Below, one piece after another: positions 48,024-59,499 of a stretch of DNA of 64,000 nucleotides (positions are counted from its first letter, which is position 1; each line of letters starts with the position of its first letter). The stretch lies in assembly GCA_964574655.1 (NCBI GenBank), contig CAZNOH010000004.1:2046-66045 (forward strand), read 5' to 3'. This DNA comes from an uncultured Candidatus Saccharibacteria bacterium (GTDB lineage Bacteria > Patescibacteriota > JABMPQ01 > JAQVVF01). Made by a program: the position numbers and the translations under genes. Below the pieces are notes generated by a model, which was not told the DNA's origin, did not search any database, and worked only from the letters and a program-made list of their open reading frames with translations.

Positions 48024-48308
48024 ATGACTACTCACCGAATTCATCTAGATACTGGCGAAGGTAATTATATTTTCATACCGGAAGAAAAAAATGGCTTTTT
48101 GTTTTTCAAGCCTGAAGATCAACATTTGTTTGACTGCGGACCAAATTGGACAATCGGATATGTCTTTGAAAACGGAATTCCGAACGAAAATATCAAACCA
48201 GAAAAGATTGAAGATTTGAAAATCGGAATGGAAATGACATTGTTTTGCACAAGCTACGTTGATGCTTGGACAAAAGGCACTATTGAAAAAATCGAGCAAG
48301 TTCCTTGA
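48024..48308 (+). CDS. Hypothetical 94-aa protein (foreign cassette)
   Basis: RBS aagaaGGAGGagaagag-ATG; terminator follows. Confidence 0.45.
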   Translation: MTTHRIHLDTGEGNYIFIPEEKNGFLFFKPEDQHLFDCGPNWTIGYVFENGIPNENIKPEKIEDLKIGMEMTLFCTSYVDAWTKGTIEKIEQVP

Positions 48309-48321
48309 CGAATTGCACATT

Positions 48322-48349
48322 AGGTTCATAATATTTATGAACCTTTTTT
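48322..48349 (+). terminator. Rho-independent terminator
   Basis: aggttcataa-tattt-atgaacct plus T6. Confidence 0.65.
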
Positions 48350-48374
48350 ATTAGAACAACTTTTTTAGAATAAT

Positions 48375-49229
48375 ATGACTATAAAAGATATTTTAGAAAA
48401 ATCATCATTAGAATTGAAAAATATTTCTAGCTCTCCAGATTTAGATGCAGAAATTTTGTTGTCTTTTGTTTTGAAAAAAAATAAAGAATTTTTATTTGCA
48501 AATCCAGAAATTAAATTAAATCAAGAACAACTTAGACAATTTGATCAGCTTTTAGAGAGAAGAAAAAAACATGAACCAATTGCTTACATTATTAATAATA
48601 AAGAATTTTTTGGAATAAATTTTTATGTTGATAAAAGAGTATTGATTCCAAGACCGGAAACGGAAATTTTGGTTGAAGAAGCAATTGAAGAAGGCAAGAA
48701 GAGGATTGAGAAAAAATTTATTAATAAAGAAATAAAAATTGTTGATGTTGGAACTGGATCTGGATGCATTGCTATTTCATTGGCATTAAATTTGCCAGAA
48801 GCGCATATTTGGGCAACTGATATTTCTAAAGACGCTTTAGAAGTTGCCGAGAAAAATAGAATTAAAGAAAAAGTTGGAGTTGAATTTATGCCAGGCAATT
48901 TACTTGAGCCACTTGAAAATAACAAGGTTGATATAATTTGTGCTAATTTGCCATATATAACTGTTGAACAATTAGATCTGACTGAAGAAGATGTGAGAAA
49001 ATTTGAACCAAAGACTGCTTTAATTGCTAAAGAAGAAACGACGTTATATTCTGAATTGCTAGACCAAGCTCCAAAATATTTGAATAAAAATGGCATTATA
49101 TTTTTGGAAATTGATCCGGTTTTTAAAGATAAAATAATGAAGCTGGTTCAAGAAAAAATGCCAAATGCAAAATACGTGATTAAAAATGATTTAGCTGGAT
49201 GTGAGAGAGTGATGATAATTTGGACATAA
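48375..49229 (+). CDS. prmC: Release factor glutamine methyltransferase PrmC/HemK
   Basis: VDVGTGSGCIAISLA; NLPY (NPPY-type) motif. Confidence 0.8.
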   Translation: MTIKDILEKSSLELKNISSSPDLDAEILLSFVLKKNKEFLFANPEIKLNQEQLRQFDQLLERRKKHEPIAYIINNKEFFGINFYVDKRVLIPRPETEILVEEAIEEGKKRIEKKFINKEIKIVDVGTGSGCIAISLALNLPEAHIWATDISKDALEVAEKNRIKEKVGVEFMPGNLLEPLENNKVDIICANLPYITVEQLDLTEEDVRKFEPKTALIAKEETTLYSELLDQAPKYLNKNGIIFLEIDPVFKDKIMKLVQEKMPNAKYVIKNDLAGCERVMIIWT

Positions 49230-49255
49230 AAAAAGATTAGAAATGAATCTAATCT
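49229..49255 (-). terminator. Terminator of the NYN/OST-HTH foreign gene
   Basis: gattag-aaatgaat-ctaatc with U-run on the minus strand. Confidence 0.55.
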
Positions 49256-50197
49256 TCAGAAAAGAGCTTGAACTGATTCTAGAAGTCCTTCGTTGAGAGC
49301 TACTTGGACGAAAATATGTGCACGATCAAGAATGTAATAGACCCTATCGCTCTGTTCTTTTTTGAGAATGTTACAATCGATCAAGACGCTCAAAATTCCT
49401 CTGATGATGCCCTCGTCAAAGAAATGACCAGAAATCGCAAACCTTCCTTGGTCTTTCAAATAGTCCAGATAATATTTGAAACCATATTTTCCTGGCTTCA
49501 TCGAATTAATTGCAATAATTACATCTAGAGAAATTTTTAGATCGCGACAATGCACAAGTCCGGAATTTTCAAGTGCATCAATTAACCGGCTCGGACTTTC
49601 AAATGGTTGATTCAAAAATGTTCTTATATCATCAGAAACTTGAACTGCTGGTGGCTTTTCGCACGGCACTTCCAGCCTGATCGTTTTGTGCACGACTTGC
49701 TGGAGACTTTTGTTGCCTTCAGGACTATTGATCACAAGAATGACTGTTTTACGATGTTGTCTGGCGCGATTGATCACAGGAAGAAAGTCGCGATCGTGCG
49801 TGGCAAAAACAAAGATATTAATATCTGGACGTTTTTCTAGAAAATCATACACGTCATTGACCATCATTTCATCAACAGTATCCTTGGGCTTTTCAGATCC
49901 ATTAAGCTTCGGGCAATGAATCACTTTAAAGCCCTGAATTTGTGCCTTGGTCAGTAGATCATAACTGTTATTTCCTGCATTAGCGATAAAACGAACATCT
50001 GTGTAAATGCCAAGATATTCGATTGTGCCAATCACCAAAAGTTCCTGAAACAGAAATGAAAAAGTCTCAACACTCATTTGATTGCCTGCAAGCATATTAT
50101 CGTAATCCATGAACAAGGCAATTTTGTTGATTACTGTATTCTCTTCCCTTAACTGAATTTGACTGTTTTCTGCCATCTTCTCCTCCTCGTTGTTCAA
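49256..50197 (-). CDS. NYN (PIN-like RNase) domain protein with C-terminal OST-HTH/LOTUS-like domain (foreign cassette)
   Basis: IALFMDYDNM NYN signature; RBS acGAGGAGGagaag-ATG; GC about 42%. Confidence 0.55.
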   Translation of the reverse strand: MNNEEEKMAENSQIQLREENTVINKIALFMDYDNMLAGNQMSVETFSFLFQELLVIGTIEYLGIYTDVRFIANAGNNSYDLLTKAQIQGFKVIHCPKLNGSEKPKDTVDEMMVNDVYDFLEKRPDINIFVFATHDRDFLPVINRARQHRKTVILVINSPEGNKSLQQVVHKTIRLEVPCEKPPAVQVSDDIRTFLNQPFESPSRLIDALENSGLVHCRDLKISLDVIIAINSMKPGKYGFKYYLDYLKDQGRFAISGHFFDEGIIRGILSVLIDCNILKKEQSDRVYYILDRAHIFVQVALNEGLLESVQALF

Positions 50198-50283
50198 AGG
50201 TCAAGAAAATCGGTATTTTAAAGCATATCATTTTTTTATTGTTTTGTCAATCGTAATATTTATTTTTACTTTGTTTAAGCCAA

Positions 50284-50308
50284 AACCACGCATGAAGCGT
50301 GGTTTTAT
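50284..50308. terminator. Bidirectional-looking hairpin terminator (aaaaccacgc-atgaa-gcgtggtttt)
   Basis: Perfect 10-bp stem flanked by A and T runs. Confidence 0.6.
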
Positions 50309-50321
50309 AATATTTGTGAAA

Positions 50322-50345
50322 TTCCTGCCTACCGGCAGGCAGGTG
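50322..50345. repeat. CCTGCC-N8-GGCAGG hairpin, copy 2 (copy 1 at 20-45)
   Basis: cctgcctaccggcaggcagg versus ccctgcctgccggcagggcagg at the window start; both lie just 3' of minus-strand genes. Confidence 0.5.
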
Positions 50346-50369
50346 TGATAAATTCGTGCAGATTCGCGA

Positions 50370-51581
50370 TTATAGTACTTCAACACTGAATCCTTCTGGT
50401 ACAACTGTAATCCATGTTTGACCTCGATTTAATTTTATTTCGGAACCTGTAGAATCATAGAATTTTGTTCTGTCTGTGCGATCTGCTTTCTTCCATATTC
50501 CTTCAACCATTTCTCCATCGCGGAAAACTTGAACTTTGCCCTCGCCAGTAACAATTAACTGCAATCTGCCGTAGTCATCCATAACTTCTTCTTTTGGAAT
50601 ATGCTGGATAATAACATTTTTTGGAGCAATTTGACTATCATTAACTACGTCTTTATGTTCAATGCCGATTGGATTAAAACGGAGATAAGTGTTTGTTTCT
50701 GGATCGTATTTATATTCTACAGAATAATCGCCAGCAAAATTAATTTTTATATCTTGACTTGTCGTTGGTAGATTTTCTTTTCTTTTTTGATCTTTAAATT
50801 TCCAAGAATCATATTTTGATTTTATGCTTTCTAGCTTTCGATCACGCAAGGCTAAATTTAATGTTTTGGTTGATGCAAAAAGATTATGCGGAGCTTCACC
50901 TTCACCTCGCCAGAAATATGGAGCGCCAACACCGATTTGTTCAAGATCTTCAATCTTGAAATCCCTAATTGCATCTAATGCTTCTTGAGAACCGCCGCAA
51001 TGAGCATATAAAGCATTATATTCTGAAACCCATTGCAAGAAATATGGACGAGCAGATCTGACTGGATGAATTTCATCGGCTTGATTTCCAGCATAGAGTG
51101 CCATGAATCTAGTGATATTTCCTTCTACTACTGTTTCATAAACAACTTGGGCTTGGCTTAATGCGTGCTGAGGACGAACATCAACTAAGTTTTCAATCAT
51201 TACTGCAACAGGATATTTGTTAGCATCTGCAGTTGGAACAATTACGCCATCTAAACGCCTAGGCATTTCTTTTGGCTGATCCTTGACCATTTTTAATTTT
51301 TCTTGAAAAGTCGTGTCCTTATCTTTAGTAACTAAAAAATAGATGCCAAATCCAATTCCTATCAATAATAAAACTCCGACAATAATACCAACGATTTGCG
51401 CCCAACGATTGTCTCTGAAAAACTGAATAATTTTATTCGGCTTTTTTGCACCTAGATTTTCTTTTTTTGGAGCACTTTTAGTGTCATTTTTAACAACTTC
51501 TTTTGAATTTAAAGTTGGTTTCATCTGGTAAGTATTGTTCGTTTTGATGTCCAAACTTGGTTTTTTGTTTTCCATGGTCAA
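50370..51581 (-). CDS. DUF3048-like secreted/lipoprotein-type protein
   Basis: N-terminal TM; core resembles the DUF3048 family; family assignment is from memory. Confidence 0.5.
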   Translation of the reverse strand: MTMENKKPSLDIKTNNTYQMKPTLNSKEVVKNDTKSAPKKENLGAKKPNKIIQFFRDNRWAQIVGIIVGVLLLIGIGFGIYFLVTKDKDTTFQEKLKMVKDQPKEMPRRLDGVIVPTADANKYPVAVMIENLVDVRPQHALSQAQVVYETVVEGNITRFMALYAGNQADEIHPVRSARPYFLQWVSEYNALYAHCGGSQEALDAIRDFKIEDLEQIGVGAPYFWRGEGEAPHNLFASTKTLNLALRDRKLESIKSKYDSWKFKDQKRKENLPTTSQDIKINFAGDYSVEYKYDPETNTYLRFNPIGIEHKDVVNDSQIAPKNVIIQHIPKEEVMDDYGRLQLIVTGEGKVQVFRDGEMVEGIWKKADRTDRTKFYDSTGSEIKLNRGQTWITVVPEGFSVEVL

Positions 51582-51597
51582 AATTTAAATATTAATT

Positions 51598-52068
51598 TTA
51601 TAATTCTTTTAATGTTAGTTTTTGTATTTGTAATTCTAAAACATTAACCTTACTTTTTACTTTTTCTAAATCTAAAACCAAAGCGTTGACATCTTCTTGT
51701 TCTGTTATTGAAATTTGATTATCTTTTTGTTCCAGCTGTTCCGTTTCTCTCTCAATGATTGTTAATCTTGATCCGACACTTTCTAGCCCTTGTTTAATTT
51801 CTGATATTTCGAACTCTATCTTATCAAATCTTTTATCGACTTGCTCAAATCTCTCATCAACTTGATCGAAGCCTTTTTTAACAATCAAAGCTAGGTGATC
51901 AATCTTTTGATCAAACTTTTTCTCAACTCTCTTCTCAAATTTGTCAAATCTTTGATCTAATTTTCTGTCAATCTTTACATCAAGCTTAGTAAATTCTTGT
52001 TCGAATTTTCTGTCAATCTTTTGTCCAAATTTATCAAATGCTTGATTGAGATCGTTTTTAGTTAACAT
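51598..52068 (-). CDS. Coiled-coil hypothetical protein with KFDQ/RFDK repeats
   Basis: 156 aa, periodic repeats. Confidence 0.4.
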   Translation of the reverse strand: MLTKNDLNQAFDKFGQKIDRKFEQEFTKLDVKIDRKLDQRFDKFEKRVEKKFDQKIDHLALIVKKGFDQVDERFEQVDKRFDKIEFEISEIKQGLESVGSRLTIIERETEQLEQKDNQISITEQEDVNALVLDLEKVKSKVNVLELQIQKLTLKEL

Positions 52069-52167
52069 AAAATTATCTTTATGGATAAATTTAGAATAAC
52101 ATCTTTTTTACTTTTTGTCAGGTGTTGATAACGTGGGAAATGAGATATGTGAAATGGGAAATGGGAA

Positions 52168-52605
52168 CTAAACTTTTTCAAAAATTATTTTTTTGTTTTT
52201 AAGATCAGCAAAATATATTTCAGTTTTTACTCTTTTATACTTTTTCTCTAATATTTTTTTTGATTTAATCAAATTTTTAAGATGCACTTTTTTTTCTTTT
52301 TCAGGATTATTGTCAAATGCTTTTAAACCGCCATAAGCCCCGCAATCGATATGGTCAATCAAAATAATGTTTTTGATGTGATGTAGTTTTGTGGAAACTT
52401 CTAGTTGATCAAAAACAGTTTTTTTGTGAGCTAAATCTTTTGGATTGGCAATTGTTTTTGTAGCACCAGCTAGAGTAATCAAATCAACTTTTTTTAATTT
52501 TAACTCCTGGTTAATAAATTTAATTGTTGCATCTTTAAAACGAAAATCAATGCAAAATATTGTAGCAGCTTCAGCATGATGTTCGTTGATAAATTTGTAG
52601 GACAT
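52168..52605 (-). CDS. Short beta-carbonic-anhydrase-like protein (CxDxR and HxxCG motifs)
   Basis: FCIDFRF and IDHIDCGAYGG; only 145 aa. Confidence 0.4.
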   Translation of the reverse strand: MSYKFINEHHAEAATIFCIDFRFKDATIKFINQELKLKKVDLITLAGATKTIANPKDLAHKKTVFDQLEVSTKLHHIKNIILIDHIDCGAYGGLKAFDNNPEKEKKVHLKNLIKSKKILEKKYKRVKTEIYFADLKNKKIIFEKV

Positions 52606-52749
52606 AAATTACAATTTCTAATTATTAATTCCTAATTTCTATTCAATTTTCAATAACTAATTCCAAAATTACTACTAAATTTGAATAACTTTTTTTAAAA
52701 TTTTTCATTTAAAATTCAATGGAAATTAGTAATTAGAAATTAGTAATTT
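52606..52749. repeat. AT-rich palindrome (aatttctaatt / aattagaaatt vocabulary) between the CA-like gene and atpC
   Basis: Arms mirror each other; same vocabulary as 4318-4487 and 18010-18178. Confidence 0.5.
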
Positions 52750-53175
52750 TTATCTATACACTTTCTTAGATTTTCTCTTCTTAACAACTTTAAGTCTTGC
52801 CAAAGATCGGCGCAAATCAGCGGCTGCAGCAGAGTATTCTTCTTTTTTCAAATCTTTTTTAGCCATTGTTTCTTTGGCTTGCTTCATAGCTTCTTCAGCT
52901 TTTTGCTCATCAATTTCTTCAGCATGTTCAGCAGCGTCGGCTAAAACGATTGCTTTGTCAGGATTAATTTGGGCAAAACCACCAGAACAGGCTAGAATTG
53001 TTTCATTACTGCCTTGTTTTATTCTAATTTCTCCGGGGGCTAAAGAAGTGACCAAATGAAGATGTTTTGGCAAGATTCCAATTTCGCCTTCTTCGGTTGG
53101 CAAAACAACGGAGTCAACTTCGTCATTAAAAACTTGTTTTTCTAAACTGATAATTTCTAGGATTAATTTAGACAT
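52750..53175 (-). CDS. atpC: ATP synthase epsilon subunit
   Basis: Sequence and operon position. Confidence 0.85.
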   Translation of the reverse strand: MSKLILEIISLEKQVFNDEVDSVVLPTEEGEIGILPKHLHLVTSLAPGEIRIKQGSNETILACSGGFAQINPDKAIVLADAAEHAEEIDEQKAEEAMKQAKETMAKKDLKKEEYSAAAADLRRSLARLKVVKKRKSKKVYR

Positions 53176-53179
53176 TCCA

Positions 53180-53310
53180 TTTTAATAGCTAATAACCAAT
53201 AACCAATAATCAACGAATAACCAATATCCAATAACTAAATAATCAAAGATCAAAATTGGTTATTGAAATTTGATTATTGATTATTCTTTGGATATTGATT
53301 ATTGGTTATT
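53180..53310. repeat. AT-rich palindrome (ccaataa / ttattgg vocabulary) between atpD and atpC
   Basis: aataaccaataaccaataatcaacgaataacc mirrored by ggttattgaaatttgattattgattatt. Confidence 0.5.
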
Positions 53311-54696
<1,386 letters not shown>

Positions 54697-54786
54697 CTAA
54701 TTCCTCTCTAATACTTTTCTCGAATGCGATCTCGAATTCGCTCATTAGAGATAGCATTCGGTTTATTAGAGATGAATTAGGGAAAT

Positions 54787-55701
54787 TTAAGATTTAAGGG
54801 CTTCTGCTCCTGCTGTAATTTCCGCTAACTCTCGAGTAATATTGGCTTGTCTTGCTTGATTATAAGTGAAGCTTAAATCGGAAATCATGTCTTTAGCATT
54901 ATAAGAAGCATTTTGCATTGCAACCATTCTAGCGGAATGTTCGGAAGCAGTTGATTCAACGATTGCTTGGTAAACTTGCATGTCAACTAATCTTGGCAAA
55001 AGAGTTGCTAAAATTTGTTGAGCTGATGGCTCAAAAATATATTCAGTCTTTGTTTTTTGCAAAGTATTTTTTTCAATTACCTCTTCTTCTTTTTTGCCAG
55101 TTTTGGTCAGATCAATTAATTTATTTTTTTCAAACGGAAGCAGTTGTTGCATTTTAGCGTCTTGTTTTAAAGTGGAAACATATTCGGTAAAGAGAATATT
55201 TATTTGATCATATTTTGCTGATGTGAAAGTATCAATTGGAATTTGAGCAATTGAGGTTGCATCAGTTATTTTAATTTTGTCGCCGATTCTTTCGTATTGA
55301 GCAATAATGTTGCCGATTTTTTTAACAAAATCAATTCCCTTTTTGCCAACGCAAAGAAAATCTATTTCTTGATTTTCTTTTTTTGCTTGGTCTAAAAATT
55401 TTAAAGTCTTTTTAAATAAATTAGAATTCAATCCGCCACAAAGTCCTTTGTCAGGAGAAACTAGGACAACTAAAACTTTTTTGACTGCTCTTTTGTTTAA
55501 TAATGGATGCGCGCCTTTTTGCATGTTCTCGGAAATACTGCCCAAAACTTCAAGAGCAGTCTTGGCATAATATCGCGTACGCAAAGCAGCCACTTGCGCT
55601 TTTTTCATCTTGGCAGCTGCAACCATCTGCATGGCTTTAGTGATCTGTTTTGTATTATTTATAGATTTGATGCGACGTTTTAGGTCTCTGGTAGATGCCA
55701 T
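54787..55701 (-). CDS. atpG: ATP synthase gamma subunit
   Basis: Conserved N- and C-terminal helices. Confidence 0.85.
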   Translation of the reverse strand: MASTRDLKRRIKSINNTKQITKAMQMVAAAKMKKAQVAALRTRYYAKTALEVLGSISENMQKGAHPLLNKRAVKKVLVVLVSPDKGLCGGLNSNLFKKTLKFLDQAKKENQEIDFLCVGKKGIDFVKKIGNIIAQYERIGDKIKITDATSIAQIPIDTFTSAKYDQINILFTEYVSTLKQDAKMQQLLPFEKNKLIDLTKTGKKEEEVIEKNTLQKTKTEYIFEPSAQQILATLLPRLVDMQVYQAIVESTASEHSARMVAMQNASYNAKDMISDLSFTYNQARQANITRELAEITAGAEALKS

Positions 55702-55707
55702 AGTATT

Positions 55708-56254
55708 GACGCAGAATTACGCAGAAGCTAACGCAGAAGACGCAGAACTTTTGCATCTTGCTGTGTCATAAACTCTACGAATTATTTCTGCTCCTTTAGG
55801 ATAACCAAAATTGACTAGAAATCCTAATTTATATTGTGAATTCTTAAGGTAATGCCAAAATTGTTCGATGTCTTGTTTGAACAAATTTGGTTTTGCTTTG
55901 AGTTCAATTAGAATTTTATCATTAATAATTAAATCTGGTATATAAATTCCAATTTTCTTGTTTAAATAATAAATACTTATTCTCTTTTGTTTATCAACTT
56001 TAAAACCTTGCTGTAGCAATCCGAAATAAAATGCTTCCTGATAAACTTTTTCTTTATGTCCGCTACCTAAAGTTTTATAAATCTCAAAGATAATTCCTCT
56101 GATTTTATATGATTCTTGTTTATATAAAAAGTCTGCCATTTCCCTCCTAAAATAACTTACTTATTTTTTATCTGCATTGTCTGCGTCAACTTCTGCATTA
56201 TTCCGCGATTTGTTTTCTGCTTTTTCTGCGTTCGCTTCTGCGTCATTCTGCGTT
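55708..56254. mobile_element. IVS-like cassette inside the atp operon: GxxExxY gene flanked by cgcagaa repeats (55708-55748) and inverted tctgcg repeats (56170-56254)
   Basis: Same repeat family as the gene-free palindrome at 35581-35670; located between atpA and atpG. Confidence 0.55.
55717..56139 (-). CDS. GxxExxY-family protein (PD-(D/E)XK-like, rRNA-IVS-associated family, TIGR04256-like)
   Basis: SYKIRGIIFEIYKTLGSGHKEKVYQEAF...ILIELKA...KLGFLVNFG; the last ~12 codons run into the flanking repeat and may be an ORF-caller artefact. Confidence 0.65.
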   Translation of the reverse strand: MADFLYKQESYKIRGIIFEIYKTLGSGHKEKVYQEAFYFGLLQQGFKVDKQKRISIYYLNKKIGIYIPDLIINDKILIELKAKPNLFKQDIEQFWHYLKNSQYKLGFLVNFGYPKGAEIIRRVYDTARCKSSASSALASA

Positions 56255-57774
56255 ATAACCCATTCTTTTGGAACAACATTTTTTTTGAAATCATCAATTG
56301 CAGTTGTTAATTCTTGTTCAATACTTTCAAAATCTTTAGTTTCTTCAATTTTCTTTAATAATTCTTTTTTATTATTATTAAAATTTTCATGCATCTTTGA
56401 TTCAAATTCTGAAACTTTTTCAACTTTGATATCATCAATTAAGCCTTTTGTAGCAGCAAAAATAATTGAAACTTGATTGCCAACTGAAAGTGGACTATAT
56501 TGTCCTTGCTTTAAAATTTCAGTAACTCTTTTACCTCGCTCTAACTTGTTTTGTGTTTCTTTGTCTAATTCAGAACCAAATTGAGCAAAGGCTGCTAATT
56601 CTCTAAATTGAGCTAAGTCTAGACGGATTTTGCCAGCAACTTTTTTCATTGCTTTTGTTTGAGCAGCTGAACCAACACGAGAGACTGAAAGACCTGGATT
56701 CACAGCTGGACGTGTACCGGCATAGAACAAATCTGATTCCAAAATAATCTGGCCATCAGTAATTGAGATAACATTTGTTGGAATATAAGCTGACATATCA
56801 CCACCTTGAGTTTCAATGATTGGCAAAGCTGTTAAAGATCCTCCGCCAAGTTTTTCATTAAGACGAGCCGCTCTTTCCAAAAGTCTGGAGTGAAGATAAA
56901 AAATATCGCCTGGATAAGCTTCACGACCTGGTGGGCGTCTTAATAAAAGTGAAATTTGACGATAAGACCAAGCATGCTTAGATAAATCATCATAAATAAT
57001 TAAAGCATCTTTTTTATTGTCCATAAAATATTCGCCCATTGCACAACCAGTGTATGGCGCTATATACCAAAGCGGAGCTGGATCAGATGCAGCTGCAACG
57101 ACAATGATTGTGTGTTCCATGGCGCCATTTTTTTCTAGCTCGCTAACTAATCTAGCAATTTTTGATGCTTTCTGACCAATGGCAACATAAATACAAATTA
57201 AATTTTTGCCTTTTTGATTGATGATTGTGTCAATTGCAATAGCTGTTTTTCCAGTCTGGCGATCACCAATGATAAGCTCTCTTTGTCCTCGACCAACAGG
57301 AATCATCGAATCGATAGCTTTGATACCAGTTTGAACTGGAGTGTCAACATTTTGTCTGGCTAAAACGCCTGGCGCGATTTTTTCTATTGGATAGCTTTTG
57401 TCTGCCTTGATCTCGCCCTTGCCGTCGATTGGTTCACCTAACGCATTGACAACGCGACCAACTAAATTTTTTCCGACATTAACTTCTAAAATGCGACCAG
57501 TTGATTTTACAGTATCGCCTTCTTTAATTTTTAGATAATCTCCCAAAATAATTGTGCCAACATTGTCTTCCTCTAAATTCAAAGCAACGCCAAAAACCGA
57601 CTCGCCTTCTGATGTTACGAATTCAAGCATTTCTAAACTGGCACAATCAGAGAGGCCATAAATTTGAGCAATGCCATCGCCGATTTTGGTGACAATGCCG
57701 ATTTTGTCTAATTTTGTCTTGGCTTCAAATGATTTTATTTTTTCTTTTAAAGCGTCTAGAATTTGTTCTGGCAT
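56161..57774 (-). CDS. atpA: ATP synthase alpha subunit; the called C-terminal ~30 aa are encoded by the tctgcg repeat, so the true stop may lie further upstream
   Basis: GDRQTGKT P-loop; conserved core. Confidence 0.9.
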   Translation of the reverse strand: MPEQILDALKEKIKSFEAKTKLDKIGIVTKIGDGIAQIYGLSDCASLEMLEFVTSEGESVFGVALNLEEDNVGTIILGDYLKIKEGDTVKSTGRILEVNVGKNLVGRVVNALGEPIDGKGEIKADKSYPIEKIAPGVLARQNVDTPVQTGIKAIDSMIPVGRGQRELIIGDRQTGKTAIAIDTIINQKGKNLICIYVAIGQKASKIARLVSELEKNGAMEHTIIVVAAASDPAPLWYIAPYTGCAMGEYFMDNKKDALIIYDDLSKHAWSYRQISLLLRRPPGREAYPGDIFYLHSRLLERAARLNEKLGGGSLTALPIIETQGGDMSAYIPTNVISITDGQIILESDLFYAGTRPAVNPGLSVSRVGSAAQTKAMKKVAGKIRLDLAQFRELAAFAQFGSELDKETQNKLERGKRVTEILKQGQYSPLSVGNQVSIIFAATKGLIDDIKVEKVSEFESKMHENFNNNKKELLKKIEETKDFESIEQELTTAIDDFKKNVVPKEWVITQNDAEANAEKAENKSRNNAEVDADNADKK

Positions 57775-57810
57775 AATTTTAAAATTAAAAAGTAAAAATG
57801 ATGTAACTCT

Positions 57811-57896
57811 GTCATCCTGAGCCGCAGCGAAGGATCCCCTGCTTAAAATGCAAATCTTTTATCCATGGGATTCTTCGGCTGCGGCCTCAGAATGAC
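57811..57896. repeat. Large intercistronic hairpin 1 of a GC-rich 27-nt repeat family (gtcatcctgagccgcagcgaaggatcc paired with ggattcttcggctgcggcctcagaatgac) between atpA and atpH; the atpH stop codon lies inside the repeat
   Basis: Read directly; about 27-bp stem with ~30-nt loop. Confidence 0.6.
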
Positions 57897-58426
57897 AATT
57901 GTTGCCGTAAATTATTTATTTTTCCTAATAAGCTGGCATCAATCATTTGATCTCTTGTCTGGATAATTAGGCCGCCTAAAATGTTTGGATCAATTGAAAT
58001 ATTTAAATAAACTTTTTTATTAGTTTGCTTGACTAATTTTTCTTTAATTATATTTTGCTCTTCAGAAGTTAATGGAATTGCGGAAATTATTTTCGCTTCA
58101 ATAATATTCTTTCGTTCTTTAATTATTTTTTCAAAATATCTTTGAGCAGATTCTAGAATTGCTAATTCATTCTTCTTTAAAAATATTGAAATAAAATTGT
58201 GAGAATAATTTGATAATTCTTGCTTGAATAAATCTTTGATCGTTTGATTTTTATCTGCCAAGTCTTCAATTGGATTGGAAAGATATTTTTTTAATTTTAA
58301 ATCTTCATTTGTTTTGGCAACAAAAAGTTTTAATTCCAAATTTATTTTATCTAAAATATTTTCTTGACTGGCAAGACTGTATAATGCTTCAACATATTGT
58401 TTGATTTCTTGTAAACCTTTTTGCAT
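57887..58426 (-). CDS. atpH: ATP synthase delta subunit (OSCP)
   Basis: Size, operon position and OSCP-like helical N-domain. Confidence 0.75.
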   Translation of the reverse strand: MQKGLQEIKQYVEALYSLASQENILDKINLELKLFVAKTNEDLKLKKYLSNPIEDLADKNQTIKDLFKQELSNYSHNFISIFLKKNELAILESAQRYFEKIIKERKNIIEAKIISAIPLTSEEQNIIKEKLVKQTNKKVYLNISIDPNILGGLIIQTRDQMIDASLLGKINNLRQQLSF

Positions 58427-58437
58427 TTTTTTAAATT

Positions 58438-58513
58438 GTCATTCTGAGCCGTAGCGAAGAATCCCGTAAATGTTCAATAAACTTTGGGATCCTTCACTGC
58501 GGTTCAGGATGAC
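58438..58513. repeat. Large intercistronic hairpin 2 of the same 27-nt family (gtcattctgagccgtagcgaagaatcc paired with ggatccttcactgcggttcaggatgac) between atpF and atpH
   Basis: Arm sequences cross-match hairpin 1 arms (a~rc b', b~rc a'). Confidence 0.6.
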
Positions 58514-58521
58514 AGGGTAAA

Positions 58522-59034
58522 TTATGACTTAATTTTAAATTTATCAATCTCGTTGATTGCTTCGTTAATTAATTCGCGCTGTTTTTGCTCATCTAGAGCC
58601 TTCTTTAAGACAGATTGCGTTGCTAACATTGTTAAATCAGTGGCTTCTTTTTTGACATCGCTAAGCAATTTTTCTTTTTCGCCTTGCATTTCTGCGGTTG
58701 CTTTTTTGACAATTCTTTTGGCATCATCTTCGGATTTGGAAATAATATCTTTGCGAACTAATTCGGCATCTTTTCTGGACTGATCTAAAATCTTAGTTGC
58801 TTGTTTTTTAGCGGATTCTTCTTTTTCTAATTTCATTTTTTCAGCATTGGCTAATTCTTTGGCAACTTCATCAGCTTGTTTCATGCTGGTATCAATTTTT
58901 TTCTTTCGTTCGTCAAACATTTTGAGGATTGGCTTGTATAAAAATCTTTTCAATAAAAATAGAAGAATTAAAAAATTAATAATTTGAGCTAAGAGCAATA
59001 ATGGCTTGATGCCTAATTGATTGAGAACTTCCAT
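58522..59034 (-). CDS. atpF: ATP synthase Fo b subunit
   Basis: N-terminal TM then long charged helix. Confidence 0.8.
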   Translation of the reverse strand: MEVLNQLGIKPLLLLAQIINFLILLFLLKRFLYKPILKMFDERKKKIDTSMKQADEVAKELANAEKMKLEKEESAKKQATKILDQSRKDAELVRKDIISKSEDDAKRIVKKATAEMQGEKEKLLSDVKKEATDLTMLATQSVLKKALDEQKQRELINEAINEIDKFKIKS

Positions 59035-59175
59035 ATGTTTGTTTGAAAATATAAAAAAATAAAAATATAAAACTTGTTAAAAAGATTTTTTATATTTTTA
59101 TATTTTTAGGTTTTTAAATGCAATCTCTTTAAATTTACGCCAACAATCTAAAATTATTGGCGCTTTCTAAAGAAA

Positions 59176-59421
<246 letters not shown>

Positions 59422-59499
59422 TCATTTGCGATTAAAATTATTCATTTTAAATCGATTGTCTGGAAGTTAGTGAATTAGTTTTAAAATTAGAAATTAAAT

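Noticed and set aside
57841-57889. 15-codon ORF ([15 protein letters not shown]) in the loop of the atpA-atpH hairpin
   Set aside because: No RBS; sequence is dictated by the repeat arm; probably non-coding.
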